A stretch of 56,826 nucleotides of DNA, counting the filler, from Sphacelaria rigidula (lineage: Eukaryota), in assembly GCA_964200075.2 (NCBI GenBank). It is 5 parts of 5 records of this genome, joined end to end, with 100 filler letters (N's around TTAATTAATTAA, not from the genome) between each part and the next. Parts side by side here need not be neighbours in the genome. Positions count along the whole stretch, not along the records: positions 1 to 11,288 come from CAXNAA020005110.1; 4 more parts are not named here. The stretch is one strand, 5' to 3'. Made by a program: the position numbers and the translations under genes. Below, in pieces: positions 1 through 11,388 of this stretch. Under the pieces are notes generated by a model. That model saw only the letters and a program-made list of their open reading frames with translations, had not been told where the DNA came from and did no database searches. Within the stretch, counting starts at the first letter, position 1. Each line of letters begins with the position of its first letter.

Positions 1-6
1 TCTTGG

Positions 7-41
7 TACCCACCCCCCCCCCCCCTATCTTAGGATGACTC
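7..41. mobile_element. Right terminal inverted repeat of a DNA transposon/MITE (same family as 9829-10078), truncated by contig start
   Basis: TACCC..CCCCCTATCTTAGGATGACTC closely matches the right TIR at 10049-10078 (AATACCCCCCTCCCTATCGTAGGATGGCTC). Confidence 0.75.
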
Positions 42-400
42 TATAGTTGCGGGTCTGATCAAGCTTGACTAGGCCGGATGTGAGACTGATAAAAGGTACA
101 GGCATGGATCCTTGAGCCCTTTCACTGTACTCGTCCGGGTGGAGCTGACTGTTAAGCATTCGCTATAGCCGGAGAGCAGCTGAGAGAGCATTGAAAGGAG
201 CGATAACGAATACGAGTGAACAAGAATCTTTTGTATCAAGTGGGTATAGCTTACTGCGTGAAGCGATTGTAGTGTGACTTGGTTTCGGATATAACCTGAC
301 CCTTTGTCGGTGCCAGGAGACCAGCAGGCATCTGACGTGAACGGCTTGCACAAGAGAGTGCATCCCGCCTAACACTATAACATTTGGCGTTCGACTTGGA
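42..400 (+). repeat. Putative 3' part of 5' LTR plus primer-binding site of the gypsy element
   Basis: ...CTATAACA (CA at 381-382) + TT + TGGCGTTCG (385) fits the LTR-end/PBS geometry. No second LTR in the contig to confirm, and the priming tRNA is not identified. Confidence 0.4.
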
Positions 401-1522
401 GTATCTGCTCGCTAGCTTGTTTTCCCTTTCCCGAGTAGAGCAGTTGTTTGCTTACCTACTGTCTGTACTACTCTCTAGTTGCTTTCCCCCCCCTCTTGCT
501 GTAGCTTTGTCTTGCATTTTGTTTCGTGAGTCATTTGCTTTTCGTTCGCTTGATTGATTTTTACAGTAGTCTACTGTACGGTACCGTACACGTGCACCCC
601 TAGTTGCCCCAACGGAGCGTTCTCTGCTGTTCGTTCCGTGCAGCGATTTTCTGCAGCACGGTTTCACTTGAATCGCGTATTATACGCGCTTCTCGACGCG
701 CTGCTTCTACTGCGTTCGCACTGTCTCCTCTGCGACCTTTTCTTTGGTCGCGCAATTTTGCTGTTTTGGCCACCCGACTGTGAACCTGTACTGTGTTGCT
801 TTTTCTTGGTACCAGATATCTATCTGCCTTATTCTGTTAAGCAGATACCCGTTGTTTTCGGCAGATATCCCCAAATTTTCTCCACTTTCCCCATCCCATC
901 TGCCCATTTCAGTGCAGCACACCATAAGACCGCAGGCGATATCTGCACGACGTTGTCGTGAATTCATTCCCCTGCACTTCCCCCCCACACACGTATTTCC
1001 TCTTGTTTGGGCGGCGCACAGCTGCACTTACTAGCTGACGAATTGTTATTGTTTCTTGCCGCTATTTCAGTAGCGTGAGGCGTTGAAACCCGGCGATCGT
1101 GGTCAATCACGAACAATTTTGACCCCGGCAGTTCAACTTTGTCTACTGCCTCCGCCGCCTTTTGCGGGGTGTTCCGCTGAACCATTTGTAATTGTCCCGC
1201 ACCCACCTTGGCTGCACTATTACAGGCTGCCTTTCCGATTTTTACACCACTTTTCGGCTTCGAGTTGCGTTTCAATCAGACATTAGTGATTGCCTCTTCT
1301 TGGTACTCTGCCCCTGTATTGTGACTATTACATACCCTCTCGCACATTCGTGATTTACAAAATAAAACAAAATAAAACAAAATAAAAAATAATAAATGAT
1401 AAAAAATACAATGATAATATTAAATAAATAATGAACCAATAAATATATCACGTATTGGCTTTCGCTTCTTGCTCTGGGTTCTCTGAACGTATCGCTTTGT
1501 TGACGCTGTATACGCTTCACCG

Positions 1523-4500
1523 ATGTCGCAACGTATCACCACCGCTTCTTCTCCCAACACAGGAGCTAAACCGCCCCGTCGCACGCGGAGCCAAGCTAAG
1601 GGATCTTCTACTTTTTCCGGACCCGATGCTGATTCTTCTTCAGCCTTACGGAAACCAGCCTCCAGCGCTGCTCGATCCATTGGTTTTGAGGACCAACCCG
1701 TGCAGCTCTCATTGCCCCCTCGCAGCTCCGATTTCGATCATAGCTCGGGTTCTCGTACCCTTCCGACCCTCCCTCATCATCCCACCCGTGACCACTCCTT
1801 ACAGACACGCTCTGTGCCCCAACCCTTCACCACGCCGGTGGCACCCGTCGTAGCACACACCCCATCGGACGCAGCCGTCGACACTTGACCCACCTTGACA
1901 AACCCTGTGTCCCACCTCCCAACCACGCTGGTGGCACCCGTTGTCTCTACCCCACCCTCTGACTCTATTGCCAGCGCGGATCTCGGCGTACAAGCTTCAG
2001 TCCAAGACCGTTCCGTCGTGCAGGTGGCACCCACGCCCGGATCCCCGACTGCTGGCACTACTGCCCGCGCTGCCCTGCCGGCACACACTTTGTCAACATC
2101 CGCGGCTACTTTTCGTGCCTCGGCTGATCATGATTTGTTGACAAATGTTTTGACTTCTGCTTTGCCCAACTCAGGACACCCGTCTTCGACCCCAGCGGCT
2201 GCTTCTGGCATAAATCTGGAACCAGCCCCTGTGCCAGGCGTTAGTATAGCCACAGCACTGCAAGTTGTATGCAATACCTTGCTCCGCTCTCCTTCGGCTT
2301 TTGCCGACATGCAAGCAGCCCACAGTGCCCAGCCCCGCCAAACCGCGCCCACCCCCACCGGACCTCGGCTTTCACCCACACCGCCACGCCCGCCTTTCCC
2401 CCGACACAACATAACCACCCCCGCTCGACGGATGACCGCGCGTGACGACAATTCGAGACAGACCTCTCGTTCCTCCCGTATTTCTGCTGCCTCAAGGGTT
2501 TCTTCACGTCGGCGCTCCCCACGTAATGATATTACAGTGCACGCCGACGCCATGAGAGACATTTTTTCAGATCTTCCTTCTGCAGAGGAATTGTCGATCG
2601 CGCATTCCAGCGACCAACCGCCCTACGACTCACGCCATCGCAGTCGCCATGCTCGACCCACACGCGATAGCTCTTCCCGCTTTGACGTGGCAGTCATCCG
2701 CTCCTTGCGGCGACAACTTGCCGATTTACAGCGCACAGTACAAAGACTTGTGAACAACCCCGCATCTCCGCCCCCCACTGCGCCCCCCGAACCCACAGCT
2801 TTTACTGCCCCAGCCCCAGCCCCCGCTGCCGCCACCGTCGCCGACACTGACGCCGATAGTGGTACCCATACTGGCTCCGGGCCCCCTAGTGCTCTCGCAC
2901 CCGCCTCAACCCCCCTTGCATCTACTGTCGCGCCGTCCAACCCTGCGCCTTTGTCGCAGCAGGACCGCCCACAGTTGGGTCCGGAACACTGTCCATTCGG
3001 GCTGCTCCCCCATATTTTCATGGACCATGGCCGCACTGCCCAGGAACGACTCAACCGTGAGTATGCTGACTACGCGCCAGCCATGATGAATGATTTCGTC
3101 AATCGACAACGCAACACGAATGCAGCGGCGTCTACACTTTCCACCGAGGAGTATCATGCTCCTCCCCGCGAGCTAGAGGGGGAGCGCTCACGCGCCTCTC
3201 ACGCCGTAGCCGCTCCTCGCTCCCACCGCACGCCATTCCCACCCCCCCTACTTCGACCGCCCGCCCCGACACCAGTGCCGAACCGCGCCGCTTCTCCATC
3301 CACTGCGATGACATCTCTTGGTTCACGCTTTCTGTGCAGACTCTTGCGGGCAAGTACACCCCCTCGAATCCTTTGCAAAGCTCTCGCGACGCTTGGTTAG
3401 CGCTCGCTCGACCGCTTCAAAGCGCCGTAGCTTCTTACTTGGACCATGACGGGGTCTGTCCTTCCGATGGTCCCCTTTCGATCACCATTGGCCAGTTAGT
3501 TCGCCACATCGAACAAATCACCAACTCCTACGAGGCTGTCCATTGTGGAGCTCTTCGACGCGTTGCGCGCCGCCTCCAAATCCGCCACAGCCCACGTTGA
3601 TGACGGCTGGACCACGGTGACTTCTCGTCGCCGACGCCACAGACATGATATTGCCGACCCTGAGCGCAATCGCCGCGGTGATTCTCACAACCACCACGGA
3701 GGATCAAGCTCCTCCTCTGGGAGGACCCCACCACACCTTGTGAACCGTCCCACCACCGGTTCGACCAAGACACACCAGAGTAGTGGCTCGTCGAGCTCTT
3801 CTTCCACCAAGCCCAAGGTTCGATCTACCACAAACTCGCCTGCTTCGGCTTCTGCCAACCTAAATCGCGCTACACCGCGTTTAGCAGATGTTTCGCGCCA
3901 GATGTTAGGCCTTTCGGACGACAACTCGGATAAACCGGTATCTTCCATTTCGGCTCGCACTCTGGCTGCCGCTTCCGCCGAGCGAGAGCAAGCCGCTACT
4001 AGTGCAGCAGCAGCCGCCGCTTGAGCGGAATCCGCCCGCACCGCCGCCATCCAGAGAGCATACATCCAAATAGACGTGAAAAACTTTGGCATGTGAAATC
4101 CATACCTGCAGCAGACAACGGAGACTCGAGACAATTCACTTCTGCTCTCATCACCTCTATAATCCGCACTCTTCGAAACATCCTTCAGCTAGCAGACTCT
4201 ACGGGTGCTCAACGTTTTGATAATTCCAACTGGGTTGACGGTTGGCAGACTCCTCTCCACAAAGCTCTTCACCGCACCATCAACTGACACAAGCCCTTAA
4301 TGGTTTCATGGCCGCTATGGATGCGGACCGCGCCTTGGGGAAGTCAGGCCCGGATTTACTCCGTGATCTGGAGCGCCGCTTGACCGGCTACTTCGATCGC
4401 AGCACTCAAGGGAGTGCTATCCAACGACTTAGATCTTTTGGTGTCGCAACAGATGTCCCCTTCGCGGACTACCTCCGAGAATTCAAGCTTCTCGTTTCCA

Positions 4501-5391
4501 GTACTCTTGGAGTAGGTCGCCAGACTGGCCCATCAGACGCCACGTGTCAATCATATGTGAGGAATAGTGTTTCCGAGCAGTTCCCGACACTAATGCCGTC
4601 GCTGTTTCCAGGTGCTTTAGCTCACCGCGAAGTGCCTTATCCCTCTGTGGATGCGATGTGGAGTGCGTTTGTTCATCAAGAAAATTATTTGACGCCAGCT
4701 ATTCGCGGCGACAAGTATCTTCAGTTCGTTCCCAGCCTGCTCCTGCGCCTTCTTCGACCCCTTCAGGTCCCGTCACCGGTCTCACACTTCGCTTCGTTCC
4801 TCGTGGGTGCCCGCCTCCGTGGCCGGCTCCGTCATGAGCGTTGCAAACAAGAGAGATCCGTTCAGCGCCAGTTTTGACGGATGGCCGTACTCCGCCGAGA
4901 CTTGGGATGATGTTTACACTGTATCTATCTCTGCGTTTACCACAGATGACCCACACCTGTGGAACCCCCGCCTCTCATCTGCTGCCAGACACGAGGCCTT
5001 CAACCGCCATGCCAATAGTTGCATCAATTGTAACACCCAGGGGCACAGTATGCGCGGTTGTACTCGCCCTTGTATCAACTCCTTCGACCTCATGAACTCT
5101 GAGCTGCGAGACAATGAGCCAGCATGGCGCCGATGGCAGAAACGCATGCGTGAATACCGCACACCCAACCGTCATTCTCGCCGCCCTTTCAACAACCGTG
5201 ACAACACTCGCTCGAATCGTGACAGTCGTCCCAACAACTACGACAACTCTGGCTCCCAGCGAAGAGAGAGTTCTTCTCACCGTCACCGGAATTTCGCCGA
5301 CAGACACCAGCGCACGGGGCCGAATGACCATCACTCGAACCCCAACGCCAGAAACCCTGGTCCCTTTATGATTGATCGTACCGATCCATGA
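1523..5391 (+). pseudogene. gag: Ty3/gypsy gag (very long, Pro/Ser-rich N-terminus; nonsense codon and several frameshifts)
   Basis: Chain of overlapping ORFs 1523-1888, 1895-3400, 3334-3600, 3545-4024, 4021-4287, 4242-4877, 4807-5391. Capsid-like segment (AIQRLRSFG...FADYLREFKLLV) and CX2CX4HX4C knuckle CINCNTQGHSMRGC. Lies directly upstream of pol. Confidence 0.8.
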
Positions 5392-8300
5392 CATGCCGAC
5401 GCCGGCGTTTTTACGTCTCCGGCGCCGCCGACAGCACCCACGAAGACTATTTCAACACCAACCGCGGAACGAGTGACAAAGCTTTGTCGCTCAACCTCCC
5501 CGGCACTATGCAGGAGTACTAATGACGGCCGCTCAGATCGACCCCCGTCTTCACCTCTCCGCACACAGCGTAACACTTGCGTCGACTCACAACTTAGCCC
5601 TACCCTCGGCTCTGGACTTGGTCCTCCGGAACTGAGCGTAAGTCTGAGGTGTGGGAACACCAACCGCCCGTCTCTGAGGTGAAGGCTTCCCTTAGCGACC
5701 GCACGCACAGGTAGTAGTGTAATTCACTCGACTGGTTCAAGTGTCGCTGGTCAGAATTTGACCGCTTCGGACCAGGCAACACCCACCCAGGTCGAACCAG
5801 TTCATTCTTCGCGTTCATTGCACCATGCGAAGCTACCCCTGAAAGGTTCCCACATAAACCATCCTACTATACCTTCGGCTATGACTCCTCAGCCAAGCTT
5901 GCCAGCGGACAGTCCACAAGCTTCGCCCGAGCATGCCCCGATGCTGAACTCATCCACTCACCTGGACGCAGTTGGGTTTTCCCCAAACACCTTGGAAGTT
6001 CCCCGCTCTTTGTCACGGCGAGAGAGGAAGCCCCGTGAACATGCCCCCACTGAAGCGCGCGCATCAACACGTACACCTCCCTCGAGTGGAAAATCTCAAC
6101 CTCACTCTCTCCAAAATGCGACGACTTTGAGCTCGATAACCTTATCAAGTGTCCCAGAAGAATCCAAATCAAATATTTCGGATATTTCTACCTCTTCTGC
6201 GGACTACACTGAACAAGACGGATCTACTTTAGACATTGATCCCTGCCTTCCCAACACGGTTATATATGAAATTGCTAATGACCAGCCGAGCTGTGCTTAC
6301 TCTGGGGACTACACATCATCCACCAAACTTTCTGGTGAAAAAGTTGACCCCCCGGCGGATCACCCGCCCTCCGTTTTCGCCGTCAGCACTACTGATTCCG
6401 ATCAATTTACCTTGGCTGAACACGGTTCGGATCTTGTCAGCGGTAAAGTGTCTGTTGATCCTGCCACTTTTACTACTCGCGTAGCGCTCCATTGTGGACC
6501 ATACGCAACCACGACGGCCAAATGCGTCTCTTTGTTAGACAGCGACAGCCCACGGACATTTATCCGTGAATCCATGTGAGAATATATGAAACAGATTGGC
6601 GCTGCTTCAGCAGCTTGCGAAATCACCACCAAACCTAGAGTATGGGGTGGTTTTGGTGACTCCACCGCACATTTGACCACACGAACATCAGTTCGTCTCG
6701 GTGTGCAATTCTTTCACAACACAACTCTTTCTGCCAGCCTTCCAGTCTGGGTATATATTGCCACCGACAGCACCATGGCTCACGCCTTACTCATGGGCCG
6801 AGATAGTTACATGCGGTTTGATCAACGCACCTCCCGCACACCAGCATCATTATCGCCACAGTCTACGCCTCGTGGAGAACTCAACCTTGTACATTTCGGT
6901 ACTCTTCATGGCGCCTTGGCCTACCAAAAAATTGAACAAGCTACCGGAGCTGCCTACCACCTCCGATACGATGGTATTGCTGGTGTCACCCTCTCCGATG
7001 ATCCTCAACTGCTAGAAGTTGCCCTAGTTCGTCGAAATGGCATGCCTGCCCTTACGGGACATTGCCTCGCTGAAATGCTTCCTCCGGTTGGTGCGCCTGC
7101 CGGCACAGAGCACTTTGTCTCCGCAGGGAAATAACTTTTGCCACTCATGGGTCACGCTAACTTGGAACCCGGAGATGTTTTGGGTACTGCTGCTGCTCCC
7201 CTCATGCACATTCCACTCGAGACATGTGCCACTGAACCCTCTATGCCCAACTCGCCGCCTCCGACAGACGGTTCTGTCAATTGCGTCGATGAGCCTTACT
7301 TCGACGTAACCTCTTCGTCTCCATCACGTACCCACACCGTGGACTCTGCACCGTCAACGTCCGACCCTCCTGCTGAAGTGCTGCAGCGCCTATCGCCCGA
7401 ATCTCGGACAAGTTCCTTGCACATGTGGGATCAACTTCCATCCCATATACGTGACATCAACTTTGACCTACATGAACCCGGTTGGGGACCCGCTGTAATC
7501 AGAGAATTGAGCGATGTTGTATTGGAGTACTAAGACAGTTTTTCTCGATCCAAAACGGATTTGGGGCATTGCAAAACGCTGCCCTTTTTAATCACCCTTC
7601 AACCTGGCGTCTGGTCAATCTCTTCTCGACCGTATCGGACGAGCCCCATCCTTACCAAAAAGACCATTTTAGATGCGTACTTAGGTGCCGGATTAATTCA
7701 ACACTCCTCTTCTCCGTGGGCCTCACCGCTAGTGGTAGTTCCCAAAAAGGATGGAAACATACGCATCACCGTGAATTATCAACGGCTAAATCGCGTCACT
7801 GTAGTGGGAAAACTTCCCATTCCTCGCACAGATGAAGTCTTCGACTCTCTAGGCGAAGGCAAAATATTCAGTACCTTCGATCTCGCTTCTGGATTTTGAA
7901 TGCCATCCACCCTTATACAGTCCCACTGACAGCGTTCTGTACACCTTCTGGGCTCTACGAATGGCGCCGTATGCCACGAGGTGCCGCCACTGCACCAGGT
8001 TGTTTTCAATGCTTAATGCAACGCGTTACAGAGAATCTCGAACACGTCATCATGTACTTGGACGACGCTATCGCATTCGATGCCTCCCCTCGTGCGCATG
8101 TGCACACCCTACGAGAGTTTCTTTCTCGACTGAGGAAACATGATTTGAAACTTCCTCCATCCAAAGCTCGCCTTGGCGCGACTGGACTGGATTTCCAGGG
8201 ACACTCAATTTCACCGGCGGGTCTACACCCCGAAACCAACAAAGTCGGGGCAATGACTCAATTTCCGATGCCCACAAACATTACTCGGCTCCGCTCATTA

Positions 8301-9828
8301 TTAGGTGGACTGTTCTACTATCGCAAATATTTGCCTAACCTGTCCAAACAGATTCGCCCCATTATGGACTTGCTTTAAAAAGGCGCCGCATTTGTCTTCA
8401 CCACAGATATGGAAGCTATCGTGCGCGACTTGTTGAGAACACTCACCGAAGAACCGGTCCTTTGTTTCCCGGACTGGGATGCCGTACAAGTACACACAGT
8501 CGCGAGCACCGACGGGTTCGGCGCGGTCCTGAATCAGCCTCAACTGGATGACTTAATTCGACCCATCCTCTACATCAGTCGCGCCACCCTTCCAAACGAG
8601 GCCAACTGGAGTCCACTGGAGCTGGAAGGCGGAGTCATCACTTGGGCCATAAAGCGCCTTCGACAATATTTGTTCCATTTACCTTTCCAAATCTACACGG
8701 ATCACGGAGCACGTGAAGAACTCGCCAAAGTTGGCGAACATAACCCGCGTGTGCAACGCTGGTTGGAGTTCCCGACAGCTTATCAGTTTACTGTCAAACA
8801 CCGCCCCGGCAAAACCAACGGGAATGCTGACCTTCTCTCCCGCTTGCCCCTTCCTCCAACGGCTGTGGATTTCAGTCCCGCTTGCCGACTAACTGAACCC
8901 GATGAACCCGGCGTGTATCCTATCCGGCGTTTCTCAACGCCCATTTACGCCCTTGATCTTCATTGCCCAGAGACGACTATGCACATGGGCGGCCCCCGCC
9001 CCCTACCGTATGATGTAGTCGTGGATGGGCTACAACCCACAGACGCCGATTTCGCCGATTTCAGTATTATCTGTCCTCGCGCAAATATTGCAGTTTCGCC
9101 ACCTCCAGCTGTCCATCTAATCTCCGACAACACGCGCTCTCGATCTGTTGCCCGCGCTAACCCTCCCCGTGCCCCGCCGCCACCGACAGCACCTACTGCT
9201 CCTGCGAGCAGCGTAGCGCCGGCCCCCCGCAACACCGCACCACGAGCCTTGACAACCACCGCCACGCGCCGTTCTCACCAAAAGCCCCGAGCGCGATCTC
9301 CTGTGCGCACTACTGCGACAACGCCGCCCGCCGCGGCCCCGTCAGTGCCCACCCCTTCTGATTCTTCCAATGTTCACATCGACGTTGGCACCTCCCCCCC
9401 ATCGCCTGTTCCACCGCTTCCTGAGCCACCATGTCTGGTCGGCTTTCTGACGGAAGACCAACTGCGCGAATTTCTCGCCAGTTACTCCCATCGTGATTGG
9501 GCTCGTGAACAACAAGCAGAACCATTATTCCGCGCAACCATGCGGTACCTCCGTGCTGGCTGCCCTGCTCCTATCCCGGCCAATGTATTGGCCCCGATTG
9601 GCACACTGCCACCACCAAACGCCGCTGAGGTGTACGAACTCGTACGTAAAGGTACTATCTTCACAACTGATGACGGAATCGAATTGCTTGTCCGCCGTCC
9701 AACGCCCCAGCAGGGTGTAACTTCACCCGCGCCCACTGGACGCCATGCACGCCTACTCGACGATGAACCCACTCGGATATGTGTCCCATTTTTTATACGA
9801 CCATGGGTAATGAAAGGCTGCCACACTG
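5392..9828 (+). pseudogene. pol: Ty3/gypsy pol: aspartic protease, reverse transcriptase, RNase H, truncated at the integrase zinc finger
   Basis: Protease LLDSDS (LDSGS in copy 2). RT motifs SSPWASPLVVVPKKDG, FSTFDLASGF, MYLDD. RNase H HTVASTDGFGAVL...ELEG...YTDH...NADLLSR. PR-RT-RH order. Multiple stops and frameshifts; ends at MKGCHT where the MITE begins. Confidence 0.95.
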
Positions 9829-10078
9829 GAGTCATCCTACGATAGGGGGGGGGGTATTTGGTTGCACGAAAAAAGAGGCTTATAAGTGTGTCAGACGACC
9901 TACCACACTCGCGGTGCGCTTGTATTTGGTTCGAAACGATGTTAATCGGCATGAATGAGCGTCACGTATCTATAACAAGCTTATCCGAGCAACCGTTGCT
10001 GCTTTTAACGACGATTTGACCTGGAATTTCGTGCAACAAATGGCCCAAAATACCCCCCTCCCTATCGTAGGATGGCTC
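9829..10078. mobile_element. 250 bp non-autonomous TIR element (MITE), GAG...CTC termini
   Basis: GAGTCATCCTACGATAGGGGGGGGGGTATTT at the left and AAATACCCCCCTCCCTATCGTAGGATGGCTC at the right, plus inner TTGCACGAAA/TTTCGTGCAA. No TSD because the two flanks belong to different elements. Confidence 0.85.
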
Positions 10079-10162
10079 TTGTCATGAATTTAGGTCAGGG
10101 AAAGCGCGGCTTTTGAGTTGAACCTCGTTTTTGTTCAACCCCATTTTCGAGAGTCCACTGTT
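10079..10162. mobile_element. Terminal fragment of the foldback element family seen at 55591-56013
   Basis: TTAGGTCAGGGAAAGCGCGGCTTTTGAGTT...CAACCCCATTTTCGAGAGTCCACTGTT matches 55930-56013. Confidence 0.8.
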
Positions 10163-11231
10163 ACCTGTTGGCAGCTATTGACAACTACTCCACGTCATAC
10201 GAATTTGGATTTCGTTCTCATCCCCGATAAAACCTCCATCCCCAATTTGTAAAACCCCGTGTTTTCAACAACACGTGCCTCCATTATGCGGTGGTTGTCC
10301 TGCGCAGCAATCGAACGCATTCCTACAAACGTGCACTCCACGCTGCTTGCACACACTGTGTTGGACAGATGATCCAAGCTGATCGGCAGGCCATCGCAGA
10401 CGCCACCCAAGCCGCGCTGCGAGCCAAAGCCGATGGAAAAGCGTTGGACTACATCTCGCTGTCGGTAGACGCGGCAAACCAGACAACGCATATCCTTCCG
10501 AAAGTATACCCCCCTACACATGGCGGCCAGAGGTGATTACTTTGCAATGCCAAGCCATAGTTACGGAGTTTTAGACGCATCTTCGGTGACAACCCGTTTT
10601 TGATGTCGTCCACTGTATCGACACTACTACCAAACGACGTCAGGTAACCCTCTGTTCATGTTGTCCTACGTCGCGATAATTGAACATGCTACCAGAAAAT
10701 CCAGTGTGCGCTAGTCGAAGGACAGTGCGTCAAAGTGTTCTTCACGCCTCAGAATCTCGGGGCAGGTGCGTTATTCTCCCAGTCAGAAACTAACGATTGG
10801 GCAGTACAACGTACTACATACTGCCACCGCCGATGGAGCAAGTGTCCGGCCGTGTCGTGCTGACCGCCACACTTCACTCCCTTGTTCTGCACGGCAATAC
10901 ACGCATGCAAAAATCCACCACAATCGAATGCCTCGCCCTGCGTCCGCAATCTTTGTCATGCAGGCTGCAATCTCGCGTGCACGGCTGTCCATCTCGCCCT
11001 CACCAGGGTGATCGACACGCACACGCATCACAAGCCGGACGGCGACGGGAGGTGCATCATCAAGCATGCGCACTGGCAGGGGAGCTCCATCACGGAACGC
11101 ATCGTCGTGAATATATGTCGAACATGTCGCCGAGGGCCTGGAGTGCATGCATTGTTGTAACGTGCAAACCGAGAGCCACCAGTTACGATCCTCAGATTGA
11201 TACTTGGGGTATTCGAGGCCCACAGACAAAA

Positions 11232-11288
11232 AACAACAAATTGTGCGAATTGAGGTTTAACTTCGAGATGAGGCTCAAGCCCAAAACA
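11232..11288. repeat. Dispersed repeat, also at 33941-33997 (both near contig ends)
   Basis: AACAACAAATTGTGCGAATT[G/C]AGGTTTAA..CGAGA.GAGG.TCAAGCC.AAAACA is shared between the two sites. Confidence 0.8.
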
Positions 11289-11388
11289 NNNNNNNNNNNN
11301 NNNNNNNNNNNNNNNNNNNNNNNNNNNNNNNNTTAATTAATTAANNNNNNNNNNNNNNNNNNNNNNNNNNNNNNNNNNNNNNNNNNNN
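11289..11388. other. Artificial contig linker N44-TTAATTAATTAA-N44
   Basis: Identical 100 bp spacer occurs four times. Confidence 0.99.

Noticed and set aside
41-9829. Gypsy element captured inside a single TIR transposon
   Set aside because: The TIRs face outward (a right end at 41 and a left end at 9829 that has its own partner at 10078), so these are two separate insertions.
11333-11344. Regularly spaced TTAATTAATTAA motif (every ~11.4 kb) as a biological periodic element
   Set aside because: Always embedded in N44 flanks; it is a synthetic linker.
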